64,000 nucleotides of DNA from Schmidtea polychroa (Eukaryota), in contig CM097885.1 in the NCBI GenBank assembly GCA_044892525.1, positions 10,232,001-10,296,000 on the forward strand, written 5' to 3'. The position numbers and the translations under genes were made by a program. The notes beneath the pieces were generated by a model. It saw only the letters and a list, made by a program, of their open reading frames with translations. It searched no databases and had not been told where the DNA came from. Positions 39,001 through 56,000 of the stretch are shown here, piece by piece; the first letter of the stretch is position 1, and the number at the start of each line of letters is the position of its first letter.

Positions 39001-39999
39001 TTAGATTTCGATAGTAAACATCAGAGTGAAATCTAAGTATTATGTTATGTTTCTATAATATATGAATATAGATTTTTTTCTTATATTATAGAAAACATCT
39101 CAGTGGTGTTTGGTGTATTTGTGTTGTTGAATTTTTGCACTAATGTCAAAAAAAATTATTGATGAAAAACATATAACTTGTAAATGGTTGTTTGGAAACT
39201 GAATATTATTGCATTAAATGTTTAATTATCGATTGAAATTAAAAATTATTAAATATTCAAATCAATAAATTACATTCATTTAAAATAGTTTTTTGCTATT
39301 ATTTGAGATAGTGTAACGGTTTAAAAAGAAGTCATTGTCTAAAATCGAATATTTCAGCACTAATCGATAGAGAAAAGTCGATTTTCAGAAAATCTTGCGT
39401 TGTCTTGCTATTAGAGCAGTTAATAAAAAATCGAAAAGGAATGCCTTAAATGAGAGATATCTCTATATTAATGGCAGCGCGTATATGAGTGATTTATTTG
39501 CCAGATTTAAACGGGGCTAATTCGAAACTTCAAGGTGACACATTGAAATCTAATCAAACTAGAAGTGTAATATCTGCGTTTCTTGCAAAACCTTTGCTGT
39601 AGAAAGAAAAAAAGCTTGGGAAGAGGAGAGAATGTTCTCAAATTGTTTCCTAATCTTTCACAATTCCAAAATAGAGATGAAGATTTGTTTGGTTATTGTA
39701 AACAGTTAACGGCGCTTCATTCGGACCTTAACCAATGATTTGACGACATTCTTCACTTGGATATATTGACGACTGGGCGCGTTGAGATCTTTTGCAGACA
39801 GTCAAACTCACACGGCACAAATACAGATCAATACATACTCACATACAGGTTATTAACCGAATCTTTCGCCAAAATCTTAAAATCAGAAATACTTATTATT
39901 TTACTGGTACACCTCCTAAAACGATTAATAATGTAGGTCAATCCATTCCGTCGGCAATGCAAAAATAACTCGAGTGCAGAAATGACTGGCAGTATCTCC

Positions 40000-40032
<33 letters not shown>

Positions 40033-43000
40033 CTTCAATAATTTTAGTTTCATTTAGATAAGAACCAATAATAATATTGGAATTTCGGTTAATTTCTTCT
40101 TCATTGCGAAGTCCACCACTTAAATTGTAATCCATGATTAACTTCTCAGTTTCGATGGGGAAATTCAGAAGCCCCAGACCAACATCAATAGCAATTTGTG
40201 ATCTCAACTCCTCAGCGAGCAGCAACTGATTTATTCGATGCATAATGGTAGGCATTGAGGCTGCCTTATGCCAAACTGAATGCGACAAAATAAACCCACA
40301 CAAATAATTAGAATAAGTACATGTTGCTGGAAACGGGTGAATATAACACAATTCCGGAATTAGAAATTGTTTCTGGCTGTTGGACTCGCGAAAAAATTTC
40401 TTTTTTGCCGCTGATGGAACTGGCAAAGGAACTCCTTTAAAATTCACATGTCGCGGAATGGTCAAATTCAATCGCATTACACTGAAATCGGCATCTAACA
40501 GTGGTTGTTGGTAATTGGTAATTTTTGCTCCGTATTTTTTCGTGTAATATTCGGCAAATGTCGAGAAGTGTTCCCCAGGAAAATCAGTAGTTGGTCTCAT
40601 GTTCCAACTATCATAGAAATAAAATGCGAATTACCAAAAGAAACTTGTAAATTGAAAAATAATTTATTATCTAAATCAAAAGATTGTTTTTATAGAAAAA
40701 TTAATAAAATTAGTTCATAAAATCTATAATATCCAGTTTTTTTCCTATCCTATCTGGCGATAAGAGCAACACTTTGTAGCTTCTTTTCCTTATGTTGATC
40801 TATTAAAATTATGAAAAATGAAAATAATCGATAATTTTTCCTCAATAACTACAATTTTATCGAATTTTGATGTCAATCGAATTGATTATCAATAAATCCA
40901 AGAAAAATGAAAATAATCGATAACCTTCAGAAATAATTCTGTCCACTAAAAGATTTCAACAATTATCGACTTTCAATATCAATTACAAATTACATTGATC
41001 TTCACTTTCACAATAGATCAATCTATTTTTTTTACTATTTAACACAAATCTTCGGCAGTCTTTTTACTTTTAACATTTTTTTTTGAAAACCAGTTATTGC
41101 TACATTTTTAAAGAAGAAAAAAAATTAATTTTGTATTTGTATTTATTAAAAAGCTTGACTATGAATCAGTAAATATATCGATGTTTTTAATAACATTTTG
41201 GAATTAAAAAAAAATTCTATTTTCTATTTTTCGTGTCTTATTTAATAGTAGCAGAGAAATTTACTACTGGTGTCTCACAACGAATTATTACGCGCCTAGA
41301 AATACTTTTTCCCAGCTACCAATCGATAGTCATACTCGGCGACCTACATTAAACATATGAAACATGAATGAATAATCTTACCAAATATCGGCGACATAAT
41401 AGTATTGCCGATGATCGAAATTACGATACGATGGCATGACAACTGCATTTTGGTAGTCTAATTCATTGAACTCAAACATCCCATTTGGTTTTCGACGAGT
41501 CTCTAATCGGCAAACATTTTCAACGCTATTATATGACCGAATAACTAAGTCAATAAATTCCCAGTCAACGTGTCCAGGGACATCTTAATACGATTGAATT
41601 CAAGTTTCAAAATAAGAAATGTTGTACTTTTATTTAAAGGCACTAAAAGTAACTTGATTACCGCATCCTCTAGATCGAATACCATTCCCTTATCCAATTT
41701 CAAACGAAATACAGATGTTATCAAGATGTGATGGAATTCAGATATTTTCTGAAATTCTTTCTCATTAAAAACCCAAGTTTCAACACAACTATTCAATGGA
41801 AGTAATTGCTTGATCTGCACTTCTTCTTCGCCAGACCTTGTAAAAATAGGAAACTTTAGAGTCTAATTTTTGTTAATATTAGATATTCCGAAATGTAATA
41901 TAACACTTTATCTAAACCGATTTGACCGCAAATGATTCCAAAATCTTTGGCTTCATCAGCTGAAATCATTATTTTTCGGCCTTTAAGGTTTTGTTCATCG
42001 GGGATTTTGCGTGATAATTCCAGAGTAATAGAATACATATAACACGGAGTATTTGGTAGGATTGGAGTGGTAGATATGCATTTGGCAAACTAGAAATAGT
42101 TTATTTATCACGAGAACAGAAGGTATTTTATTTCCAAGACAAAACGTTAAAATAATTTAAAATTTTGAGACCCTCAATTTTCTGAGCGCGATTTTTTCGA
42201 ATTTTCATTGAAATATGGTAAAAAATATTTGTTTTTATCCTCCACATTACTCAAAATCAACCGATATTTTCTATAAACTTTTATTATTTGTCGCCGACTA
42301 ATTTTAAATAATTGAGAAAGGGGGAAATTTATTTCATTTATATTTCATTTAGAATTTCGTATATCTTCACTAAATTTTCGAAATATTTCATTTTTTCCTA
42401 TTTAAGACAAATTTTCAGTACTATAAAAAATCACTTGACGTACTGACACTATATATACATCTAATTCCGAAATAAAAGTTTCTATAATCTAAAAAAATCG
42501 AAAAAGTTATAGTATCTGTGTAAAAATATAAAGTTTCAGAACTTAAGTTTTTATATAGAAATTGAGAAAGTAACAAGAAAATAATTTTACATAAAAACAC
42601 AGCACACATAATAAAAAATATTAACAAATCATGGTAGAAAAATATTTTGATATCGGACATCTCTACTTTGAACTACGGGCAATTGCCCCATAGAATTTCC
42701 CAAACCATTCTATTTTTCGATTAATTTAAACACATTTTAATAGATGCGCTCAAACAGTGTTGGAAAAACCCAAGACAAAAAAAAATTAATAAAAAATTTA
42801 ATTTAAAGAGACTTCATGTTTTTTTAATGTTATTAATTATATCTGGAAATCAATGATTTCAAATCATCTTATTTGTATAAAAACTTTCAATATTAACTGA
42901 CGTTCTGATTTAAAAAAAAGTGTTCTATTTTGTAAATAAACGAAAAAAAGTCCTATTTTGTATAATGCCCAAATATTTATTATACACATGCATTTTTTTT

Positions 43001-43957
43001 TCAACTCTCTTCCCACCTAGAATTCCCACCTTCATTCTACTTGGTAAAAAAAATATTTATGCCCCCCGCCCTTGGAAAAATTCCCCTGGACGCTGATACT
43101 TTGAACTGTAGAGAAAAGACGATAAAATATCGTAAGATCTAATTATAAAATAATTTTAAATTTAATATTTCTTAAGATTTTCAGATATTTCTCTGAAAAC
43201 GCTGCTTTTTTGCGAAGGTAAAGAATTGGCAATGTAAGATTTATTCATTAATTTACAAATAATTAAAATAATTAACAGTATATTAGATATTTCTTGTCAA
43301 ACGATGCCTTTGTGTGAAGGTAAAATTTCAAATATTAAATAAGGTTCTTTGACATTTGCAGAAAAAAATTCGAAAATCGTAAATTTTAATAACTTATTTA
43401 AAAAAAATAATATTTTCATAGAATTACAGAACATGACAAAATTCGACTAATTAATGCGTTTGAAAATGTTGAAAATTACGAAGAATTTGAAAGATTACTT
43501 GAAATCACCAAAAATTTGATTGGAACAATAACTTACAGATATAAAAAACAGAAAAATTTGCAAAGGGAAAAAGCATAGCAGAAAACAAATTATTTCAGAA
43601 GAACAGGGAAAAATTTTGTTTGATTTCGTACAATCCATTTTTATGCATCTTCAGAAGAAATGAAAATTGTGTTTGGCGATTACTTTATTTATTTATAGTT
43701 TAAAATATATCTGACTTACATTATATCGAAATAATTTATAAAACAAATGTTGTCTAAAATTACTGTATTACTTCGAATATAAGCCGCACTTTTTACTTAC
43801 ATTTTTAATGTGCAAAATAAGAGTGCGGCTTAGATATATGAATTAATAAGCAATTTACAAAAAGTCGATTTCGAAAGATAAAAAAAATATGATATATCTG
43901 TTTCGCTTTTTCCTTAGGAGGGTTAAAGTTTTTGTAGCGGAAATTAACAAACACATG

Positions 43958-44047
<90 letters not shown>

Positions 44048-47000
44048 CTCATAATTATATAAAATCAAAATTTAAGCCTTAAAAGTTACTTAAAATTAAA
44101 AAAACTTACTTCAAAACCATTTATAAATTGAATAAATGAAGTTACAAACTTTATTTTCTCATAAATGGCGAGTCATATCAACTGGTGAACACATCAATGT
44201 GTATTATAGAAACTTTAATATATTTCGGAATTAGGTGTAATAACAGTTATCATAGGAATATTGGTTTGCAACTTAGCGGTAAAGGTGTGTGTCTGTAATC
44301 AACATCAAAAGTTAAGAACGTACATACAGCGGTAAAAATTAATGATAACAACTCAATTTCTGATTTGTTTTCTATTTTTATTTTCATTTTACTAATTAGG
44401 AACGACTATGTTGTATTTTATTGATTTTTGTTATTCTCTTATTTTCATTTTTTTTCCTCAATTATGTTTTTCAGAATTCTAGAAAAGAATTCCTTTTATT
44501 TTTTTCTATTTTCCAACAATCATTTTTTGCATCATTTTATTTTATTGAAAATTTGTTTTAATGGATTGATTATTTATTATTTTTTAATGTATCGTAAACC
44601 GAATTGATAAAATTGTATGGAAATTATTTTGGTTTATTTGCGATAATATTACTTGATGAAACAAAATAATCACTACATTAAAACAAATTTCTATTTTTTT
44701 CACATTTGATCTGTTTTTTTATCTGAAATCCATTTATATTCATATATATTTAAACTCTAGATCAAATACTTATCTTATATATATAATTTTTATCTATAAT
44801 AGAAACCTAAATGAAATTCTAATTATAAAATTCACTTCATTAAAACAAAATATTAATTTAAAAAAATCACTCCATTCAGACAAATTAATAATATAGAAAC
44901 AACTTCATTTAAACAAATATTTAATTAATTACTTTTATTCATTAAAACTAAATATTGATTTAAAAAATCACAACATTCGAGCATATATGTATAACTTTAT
45001 TTAAATCCATATACAAATAATTATTTTACTTCATTAAAACAAAAATATTATATGAGATTTCTAAAATTTAGGGAGGTCCGAACGACAGAACAATGGTTCC
45101 ATAGGATAAATGCTGATACAGGTGAGAAATACTTATAAGTTATAAATGACATTATTTTTTGAAAAAATCTAAAAGGAAAATTAATTGTTACCAATGTGAG
45201 TTGTGAACAACGCAAATATTTCGTTTCAATATCATTATCATTGTAAAAAAGGTATGCAAAGAGCACGAATTAAGAATTATCAAAACATGAATAATAACCT
45301 GACGCTCATAGCAATAACGACATTTGGAAGATCCCATCAGCATACCTCCAATATTTTCATCTATTTTATTACTCTCATCAATAGACACAACTTCCCTGTT
45401 ATCTTCCTTATTCCATGGATAAAAGTGATTATCCAATTCTCGTAACTCATATAACTGTTTCAATGTTTGCAAAGCCGAACTCATTTTCGCTGTGCTAATT
45501 GTAGGCATCCATTTACCCTTGAGAGAATACTAAGAGGACAAATATAAGGGCATGATCTAACCTTAGTAACTAGTCTATGTGGAGAATTAATAGGTAATCG
45601 CAAATGACATCTATAAAGAGTTTTCTGTGATTTATTATCACATTCAATTCTCAATTCGGGAGTGAGCTTTGTGAAACTATCAGTCGGTAGTCTTGCACAA
45701 TAGAGGTTAACAAGTGCAATTGCTTGACTCAAGGTTACCTGAATAAATGAAATTATAATTAAATCCTGTCGAACACAATATCTGCGAATCCGAATAATTG
45801 ATAATATAAAATGATTATTTCTTGGTAGTAGCATCAATTAACTAAATAAATTTAATAAACAATATAATAAAACTTGAAACTTGTTACAAAAGCTCACTAT
45901 ATAATTTATTCCTTAATTTTATAAATAATTTATATCATTAATAATCTTAAATAAAATAAAAAAACAAATTGTTAATGAGTGCAAAAAATATTAGGCACGT
46001 TTTAGTCTTATTCTACATGGCAATTGAATATTTTATTAGCATATATTTGTTATTCACTTGGCGTTAAGAGCAAAAATAATAAAAAGTATGTAATATCGCA
46101 TCAAATTATAATATCTTGGAATGTTTACTTACTGATAGACAATTCAGAGATATTTTGATAGAGTTTAATTTTTCTCAAAACAATAGTACGAATTGTACTT
46201 TCATGAGCAGCTAATTGGTGTATGAGAAACTTTATGATGACGAAATCGCTTATCCATAATCTATCAAAGTCGTGAAGGAATGAACGCATGATATAAATAA
46301 TAAATACTAAAGGAACAGATTATGAGGAAAACAGAAAGAAAGGATTTGATATATTTGAAACCATTTAAAACGGCAGAATCTTTGAGAAAATGTATACGTA
46401 TGTACATGTATTGGTCAGTTTAGTAAATAGATAGTGTTAAAGGTAGAAAAAGCACAAGATGACGATGTTCCTATGAATATGGAAATTTGGTCCACTAAAT
46501 GAAGCTCACGTTAATAAAGCAAAATGTTTTGATTCGAAAATTTTTATAAATATTACAAACTGAAATACAAATCCAAAAAATGAGTTTGAATTTCTTTGGG
46601 ATGTAGAAGGAATATAATTTGAAAAATGGGCAGAAGTAATACCACATAAAGTTTCCAATTCAACAATGTAAATAAGTCAGTTTATGGAAGAAAAGTATGC
46701 ATAGCGTTTAACTATTGATCCAGAAAATAACAGGGGAGTAAATAAAAACTTGAAGGATATTAGGAATCATTTTACCAGGAAGCATTGTTGAAAGATCTCC
46801 AAATTAAATCGATTCATAAAGTGTCCGAAGAATAAAAAGAAAAACCTGTTCAAATGATCAAAATCGGAAAGAAATTTAAAGACGTTGCTAAAGAATTTGA
46901 TGTCCATCACCATACCATTAGAAACTGGATGAAAAGGAAGTAACTTAGTATTTCTAGTACGATTGATTTGCTAAGTATTTATATATATTCTAAGATTTTT

Positions 47001-50000
47001 ATTTTATTTTGCTAATAAAACAATTCTTGTAAAAATATTTAGAATTAATTTATTTGATAAAAAATGAAATACCAAATAACTGAGTAATACCGCATTAGCC
47101 CGAATATAACGCGACAATTTTTAACATTTTATTTTTATTAAATTTTGATTTAAATTAATTAAATTTATTGTCATGAATATAACCTATGTATTACTTTTAA
47201 TTTCCTAACAAAACGCTTATCTGATTGAATTTCCCATTTTTAAATTGTTTTATGAGTATTTTTTTCTATATTCGGGGTCGCGTTATATTTGGGCTAATAC
47301 GGTAATTAATAATTAACTCTTAGTATTTCTTCATTAAATCTTGATTTTGGATTAATAATAAATTTTTTGTCCAAACTGCTTGAAGGAGTCATGTTTAAAA
47401 TTGAATTCATGATACTTTGTCATTACTGACATCTTACGATTATAAGTCAATATGCAATTCTATTTCCAAGAGAAAGAGAGGGATAGAAAGGGACAATTGA
47501 GAGAGGGAGGGAGAGAGGTGGAGAGAAAGGGAGAGAGAGAATAAGCTTTAAGTGGCACGTCCTGAGTAAAAGGTTAAGGATTTCGATATTGTGTCAAAGT
47601 TTAACAGATGAATAAGTTTCATTATCTCATTCGAATGATTCACAACTGAATAAATGAGATAATTAATTTGTTTTCAATAAAAGTATGTTTGAAAAGGTTG
47701 AATATTTTTATTGGTGAAAAATGATTAATTACTTGTATGAGAATTTTAAGAATAAAAAACGGTGTTTTTATGCATAAAGTGATGGTTTCTTGGTAGCAGC
47801 AATAATTAAATGTTAAACAATTAAATGATAATTTAACCTTTTGCTTGGTTTTTTTAGTTTGTGTGGTTGAAAACTCTTTCATTTTATTAAATATATACTT
47901 CGCAACAGAAGGCTTAAATTATCATTTAATTGTTTAATAACTAGATTTTTAAATAAGTAAATTTTATCATACTTCTTGAGAATCTATCCCACTTGATTGA
48001 ATTGGAAGTTCCAGAGAGTTAATATCAAGATCTACGACTGGATTTTGATTCATAAGATCATCTGATTTATGACTCGATACTTTGTTTATACGATTGATGA
48101 TCCCGGTTTCCACTTTCCGGTAGCTAAAATTCATTATCGTAGATAAGAACCACAATTTATATAGGGACATTAAATGTTCATGATTTTAATATTTTATTAC
48201 ATTTATGAAAAATATCGAGATATGAAATCAAAAAAAGAGCGACGGAACATCCATACAAAGACCTATATAATACAAAAATAATATTTAAATAGTATTATTT
48301 GTTTGATTTTGTAAACTAATTACATCCATTAAAAATATAAAAAAAATTTCTAAGAAAACTTAATATTACTTAAACAAATAATATTTCGTACAATATCCAT
48401 ATTTGTTTTTTATTTATGTTCAAATATTTATTTCATCATAATACTTCATTATTTAAGCAAAATTAAATTAATATTTTGTTAAAATGGTTTTGTGTGATTA
48501 ATGCTTTTCTAATCACAACGCTCATGTTTCCATATTTTTTACTCACTTTATATATATATATATATAAATCAATTACCAGAATTAGATTTAGAAAAGTATG
48601 TTAAAGATGATGGGAAATGATACGATACCTTGCGATACGATAATGCTAGGAAGAATGTTAAAAGTTGAAATTTGTATAGAACATAAAACTTCTATCTGTA
48701 AAATCATTTATTTTTATTTAGATTTCGACTCTAGATTGAAAATTTTTAGTGGAAATCTACATGAAGATAAATAAAATTTACAATTAGAATTAAATAAAAA
48801 GCGAACTGGATAAAAATCGTTACCAAAGAGTTTTTATGGTTGATGAATGAATGCGAATAAGAAAGGATTATTGTTAGAATTGTGAAAAGAAACATATTAT
48901 CAATACAAATTGAGTCGTCCTAAGTTATTAGTTTATCATAAAAGGATTAATAGTCAGAGAAATCGGAAATAAGTGTGAGGCGAACTTGGAAAAAGAATTT
49001 AAAGAAAATATGGAAATTTTAGAAAGTTATTATTATTATTGTTATTTTGTGCAGTTATGACGAATTATTTGGGTAGGAATGAGATTATCTGTATACGTTT
49101 GGGGTGGGGAGGGGGTAATTTGATGGTAAATCACCCAAAATGCACTAAGCGATTAATTAGTTCAACATAATTGAATCAATTAATATCAATAGAATGTCAC
49201 TTACTCATCTAGATGAGACAAAATGGAGCATTTATCTTCCTTTGAAATCATATGGATCAATTTAGCTTTACTCCGATCGCTCAAATGGCTAATAGCATCA
49301 GCTACCGAAGAATTAGCCTTTCGCAGCATACTAGCGGCATTCGTAATTATCCCTACTCTAGATTTACACGAGAAGTATTGCTGTAAATTCATTACGGGAT
49401 CAAATCGAATGACGAGGTTGCACTTTTGCAGGTCAAATTTAAAGTTATCAAGAATTTGTGTTGTCACTAAGCAATTTGTTTGACCTTTTCTAAATTTGTT
49501 TATAGTCTCTTCTTGGCCCAGTGACACAGAACCTGTGTCATCGTTTTTTTTGTTTACTCCCTGACTGTCTGCGTGTATTTATTAAGAGCTTTTAATATAT
49601 GAAAATCAGGTCTTACTACAGACGGTAAAAACATGTCCAGGATGCAAGAAAAACAAATCTGGATCCCAAATACATAATTCATCCAGCAATCGACTGAGTG
49701 CGTACGCAGTAAAGGAACAGTTGACGTAGATCAAGCAACAAAGTTTATTGAAGTTTTCATTAGAAGAATCACTCGTCGTAACCTCTGGAACAACAGCACG
49801 AAACAAAAATCTGTTGGCTGATGATTTATTAACTGGATCTGGTATTCCTAATAAATGAATGGAATTTCGGTTTATATTATTCAAATTAGCTGTTAATCCA
49901 TCAAAATGAAGTAAGTATGATTTCATTAGGAAATTTAAACAATGACTAGATTTTTCTTTTACAAAATATAGTAATAACTTTATGAATAAATTAATCAAAA

Positions 50001-53000
50001 ATAAAAATTCACAAAAAATACTTATTTGTAAAAGTTTCATTATATATAATAATTCTCAATGCATGTATGTAAGTGATTATGGAGTGATTATATTATTATA
50101 ACTTTTAATTTTGTTCGACAACATGGCATTTTTATTTTAATGTTATCTGAAAATCGACTTTCCTCTATCGAATGATGCATAATTTGCCCAATTTGCACCA
50201 TTAATTCTTTTTTATTCCTTATGTTAGTCATTTTTGGTTTAATAAATATGAATTAAACCAAATATTGAATCTTTTTTTGAATATACAAATCAATGGATAA
50301 TTATGTATTTGGATTGATAACATGATTTCGTCATTTTTGAATGGTTATAGTCATAATTATAGTTACATAATTCTCTAGGTATGTGAGTGAGTATGCATGT
50401 TAGTCCATAACGCAATATGGACTATTGATGTTTTTCAATTTTTATTTTAAATCTTGTGAGGTTGGTGGCCACTGTTCTGCCAATAAACCCAATTCTCATC
50501 AGAGGTAATAAGGCAATGCTGTAAATTGTTGAGGTGGTACTTTTGAAGTAGGTGTTTACACGTAACTATTTTCGTCTTCACTGCATCGGTTAGCGAATAT
50601 GTGATCCATATGTTGCACAGATAGCGTTTTCCCATTTGAATCACTCTTTTCCTAACGGTCTCTTTCTCACTACCAATGCTCTCGACAATTTGTTTTGTTA
50701 TGGCGCGTGGATCTTCAATTAAAACATATTGAATCTCCTCATCCAGATCGTATGACGACCGTCCACTACGTGGCTACTATTCACCGACAAAGTTTCCGCT
50801 CTTGAATTCGGCTACCCAGTCGGGGTTTATCCAATTATGAAATTGTATTGTGTTGAGATATTAGCAATTGCAGACATTTTGAAATTTTTAGAGTATAGTG
50901 AATTTGATATTTTAAATTTCAATATAATTGTTAAAGAGAGACATAACTGTAACAAATTTTATTATCCAAAATAAATATCCAACAAACTCTTATATAGCTC
51001 TTCATTGCATAATATCTAAAAGGGGAGTTTATTGGTTTACTTATTATTGATACAGAATACTTACAAATACACATTCATATCATCATTTACAAACAGCTAA
51101 TAAACATTATACATAACATCTGATCTTGAAAATACGATTTTGACATATTATTATGCAATAGGTTGATTTTTAATTAATTGTATAATATCTATTTATCATC
51201 CTTCCTTACAATAATCAATATTACAATAATATGTTTACATGTCAATATAAATTTTATTATGTTTAATTTTATATTTTTTATGATATTTATATATTTTTCT
51301 TTTTTCTTTTATTCCATGTACAACAATTTTCATTTTTGCGTTTTTTAAAATGGTTTATTTAATTTATCATTAAAAGTAAATTTTAAATTATTTGTTGAAT
51401 AACTAATTGGATAAAAAGTAAAATTTTACCTCGATGTCTTTTGCAATGATTTTTTCTTTTAGAAAACGTTCTAGTTCTAAAGGTCGGTCCACCTCTATCT
51501 ACAGATGGATTTTCATCATCAGTTGGGACGCTTTCATTTTCTGAAGTATCGAAATCAGAATAGTGATTATCTTCAGACAATTCTTTATTTCTAAAGTCAT
51601 GAGATTTTATTAATTTTTTTTTGTTATTAACTAATACAGAGATTCCAGGCTACTGGCTGATGATATTGTTCCACAATCGGAATCTTTTGATGAAGAAGGA
51701 AGTTTTATAGCTTCGATTTTGAAATTGAGAGATGGTTTGTATAATTTTAGTTCTTCGACAAGATGTTTGACTTTGCTAGACATGACAGTTTGAAATTCAC
51801 TATAATCTGCCATTCTATTGATAAAATAAAAATCAACAGCTAATAAGTGCGGATACTCAATTTCGTCGTTAATTCTATTAGAATATGTAAAGAATTTAAC
51901 TTTACCCATCAAAAGTTGTTGAACAGAGTCGGGATATCTCATTCATCAATGAAGTGATATTACGCATGATTCTTCCTATCTCATCCTCCATCGATGGATC
52001 GAAAGATGATATTTCACCATTTATTAAACACAGTTCGTTTAAAGTGTTTTTTCTTGTAAAACTCAATCGCAATAGGTGACGAATAAATGCTCTTGCTACA
52101 GTCCAACAACACCAGATCCCAAGATTGTCAAGAATTTCCTTAATTTTGATTTGATTTATAAACAGCGACAGTAAAGCTCTATTACAGTTGATTATCCGAA
52201 AGTATAAAGTGCCCAATTCATGATACGAATTCATTGATCAAATTAATAAATTCAATATCAATTGAAAAGAAATCAGTGGTGAAAATTGAAAAAAGTTCTT
52301 ATAACAGCATTATTTAGTTTATAGGAAACAATATAATAATAAAATAGTATTATAAATTTTCATTAACTTTTATAGGGATTTCGATCAATCTGGACATATA
52401 CAAATTTTTTTAAGTAAAGATAAAATCAGGAAATTGTAAATATACACGGAGTAAGGGCAACTATTTTCTCGAATTAAAGTTCTCGAATTATCCATTATTT
52501 ATGTAACGTTAATTAACCCAAACTATCACTATTCGTTATTGGTACTCTTTCTCAATGCTTAATAAGATTATGTGAGTTAACTAGAGAACAAAGATGGAAT
52601 AATGTTACTTTACCCATTTGAATTCAAAGTTATACAAAAATATAATGATTATTTGGAAATCTTCATTCATGATCCAATAGATTTAAATACTCATCAAAAG
52701 AAACAAAAAAATTAATAAACAACAACAATGTGAATGCTAACCTCTCTAAAAAAGAACTTAAAATTATTTCAAGTCAAGATAACGAAGAAACTGTAAATTC
52801 AAAAAACAACAATTATGTATCCGCATGAGCCTATTGGGATTCCAAGAAGTGTCAGATCATTTTTCTGACAAAAGTTTAAATGCTGAATATAATAAACATA
52901 GTCAGATTAAGTAAAGAAAATAATCAAACAGAACTTTTAGAGAATAAATGAAGTAAGGAAAGAATTTTTACGCAAATTACATTTGAAAGAATTCCTTGGG

Positions 53001-56000
53001 AAGAAAAATTGTTGAAGAATTTATAAATAAAATCATTAATTTTTTTGTCCAATTTTGATACGGTATTTTGTTACTAAAAAATCCCATTCATCTTATGGAA
53101 TATGAGGACCAAAACTAAATATTAATAATATTGCGAGCAATGTAATTATTCAATTTCAACCTACCACAAACATAGGAATATATAATAATATTTATAAATA
53201 CATCTTACACCCTCTCCTTTAAAATATATCTTTAGTTTTTAAATTCATTTTGCCATTCTACATGTCTTATTTTATTTTTTTTATTGGCATTTTTATCACG
53301 TTACTCCGATCATGTTTATTACATCATATGTGTTACATTCTTCTTAATCCATAACATATCACCGACGAATTGTCGATTAATTACAGATTCATTATTAAAG
53401 GATAATTTCATTTCATTCTCTTCTATTTGTATCTTAATCCTTTTTCTTTATTTTTCTTTTCGACATACTCTTCCGTATACAAATCTTGGCTGTCGTTTGA
53501 CGGCCATTCTTTATATATTTTTCTCATACACTACTTCTGTTGGACAAAATCATATTGTGCTTTGAATTGTTGAATTAAGCATAAATTTCATTTCTGTCAC
53601 GTATTTAATATTTATGTTTAGGCCTTTTCTATTTCAGTTGCTGAGTAGAAGGCAAATTGACGTTTAAGAAAAGCTCTTCTAACATGGAGAAGAACAAGGA
53701 AACCTGGACAAAGAAATTAGTTAAGTTTCATGCTCCATCAAGAGGTAACGTGGTAATTTATGAAGCATCTTTGAGTGAATAGCGTTGCATGCCCCATAAA
53801 AACCACGTCATTGAACGCTTCAAATTTCTTGAATCCGCTACCAAAAAACGTAGAAAAGGATCAGTCTAATTGCTCTTGAGCTTAAATCCCTATGGAGGAA
53901 AACATTGAACTTCCCGCATGTATCTGATCAAGCCATTTGTGCAAAACTAGCAAAATTTCTGAAAGACCATGAGCACTGCAGAAAGAAACAAAAGTCTGAT
54001 GCACTGAATTAACTGTTTGATGTGACTAAGGTGAAACGCAAATGGATTTGCAAAGAGGATTAGAACCTCTACAAACTGTAAATTCAGAGCAAGAACAATG
54101 TTAGTTATTCCACTGACAAACCTGCTAGTGCCAAAACCGTTCACCCATCCAAGCGAAAGACAATGGAAGCGGTTCTTATCACACTTATCAGCTCAGCGCC
54201 ACCTGATTGTCCTGAAAGTACCACTGACTAATCCGACTACAGAAAAGGCAGTTCTAAGGATAATGAAAATGGAGCATCAACGAGCGCAAGGAAGCATAAC
54301 TCAGCAAGCATTGCGAAACGCCTTGTTTCAAGCTCAAAGCTATCTATCCCAATTCTGTCGAAAATTGCATCGGTATCCAGTATAATTTTCTTTTAAAGCA
54401 CTAATCTTTCGAATAGATTATTATAAATCAATGTATTCAAAATTTTAGTTAGAATTGTCAATTAAATCATTGATCGATAATTATTATTTCTTTATTCATC
54501 CCTATTTTTATAGATCAAACATTTTTTGTATTATCAATATAATATTTAACATTTTCATCTTTTATCGATTATTTGCACATTTTTGCGCTTAAAATCCAAA
54601 TTCACTTTTAAATCAATATTAGTAAAAGTAATTGATAATATTATAGCAAAAGTTTCAACAATACTACATGTAACAATCATAAACATTTTTTTGCACTATT
54701 AAATCAATAGTGCAGTTTTTTATTAGAGAAAAAGTAGTCTTGGAACCAAAGGCACTAATGACTAAAGTCAGAAATTTTATTTTTAACTTTTGCAGTTAAA
54801 AGCCCATATACGCAATTCTAAATCGACATTAGAACTTAAAAACATAAAGCGCAATATCGGGATTTCCCAGTATACCTTACCTCGGGGTTGCACGATAACT
54901 GATGGTGGCGTCGACCTCTCATAGCTATATACTACTTTTATTATAACTTCATTTATATAAAACTATTGACAAAATCTAGAAATATTTTATTTATATTTTA
55001 TCGACTATTTTGTATATTTTTTAAAATTTTTCTTATTAAATTTTTATTAAAATTTTATATAAAAATTTCTAAAACTTTTCAAAAATATTTTTTAATTAGA
55101 TTATCATTTTATTATGAAAGAAATTCACAAAAATGACATTGGTAAAATATTTATAAATACCTACAGTTCGGATTACGTATAAAACCAAAGAAACTTACTC
55201 TACATTTGAGGCAGGAATTGAGGCAATACGAGAATATCTCTTCAGAGGCATTGTTTTCACCAATCTAAATAACGCAATAGTTCTCATTGCAAGTGAATAG
55301 TTAAACGTTAATTATGTTAGAACTGTCAAAACTTCCGGTGTCGAAATAATCAGACTTTTTTAAAGACATTTTATCGCTGGATCACGGTGGAATTGAATAG
55401 ATGTACATTGCCTTATACTATCGGTTCCCAAACTTTCATGGATCAATACACACTTTTAAAAAAAAGTATCTTTCTAGCAAATATCGCTTTATTTTTTTTT
55501 CAGTTTTTTCTTTTCATATATTTATTTAAGAAATATAAATCTAACCATAAATTTCCAATAGCATTTATTAATCAACAGCCAATCAGATATAATTAATTAT
55601 TTTTGAATTTTTTTGAGAGGAAATTATTAAATAATTTATTAAATTGATTATTAAATTATGCAATTGATTATTAAATTAAATATTAAATTATTAAATTTAT
55701 TAAATTGATTATTAAATTATGATATTGATTAATAAATTCATAAAACATTACTGCGATAATAGAAAAATTTAAATTTGTTATAATGAAAAAATACTCGATA
55801 GAGCACAGCTATGGTGAAGAATTGATCGATAAAGCACATTTATGATAAAGAAATACTCAATAGGCAACAAAATCTACAATGAAAAGCACACGATATAAAA
55901 ATCACGATCCCAGAAAGGATTATCAGATGAAAGAAATATTATATCGACAAAAATTATATTCAAAATAATCCAATCAGAAAAATCTATTAGATAACTTTAT

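Noticed and set aside
43805..44068. YI-repeat ORFs and the poly-Ile ORF at 60130-60336
   Set aside because: Translations of (TA)n and (TTA)n microsatellites
53620..54385. Coding-like GC-richer island in a Dicer intron (LFDVTK...VHPSKRK)
   Set aside because: Multiple stops; probably a transposon relic, but the family cannot be assigned by eye
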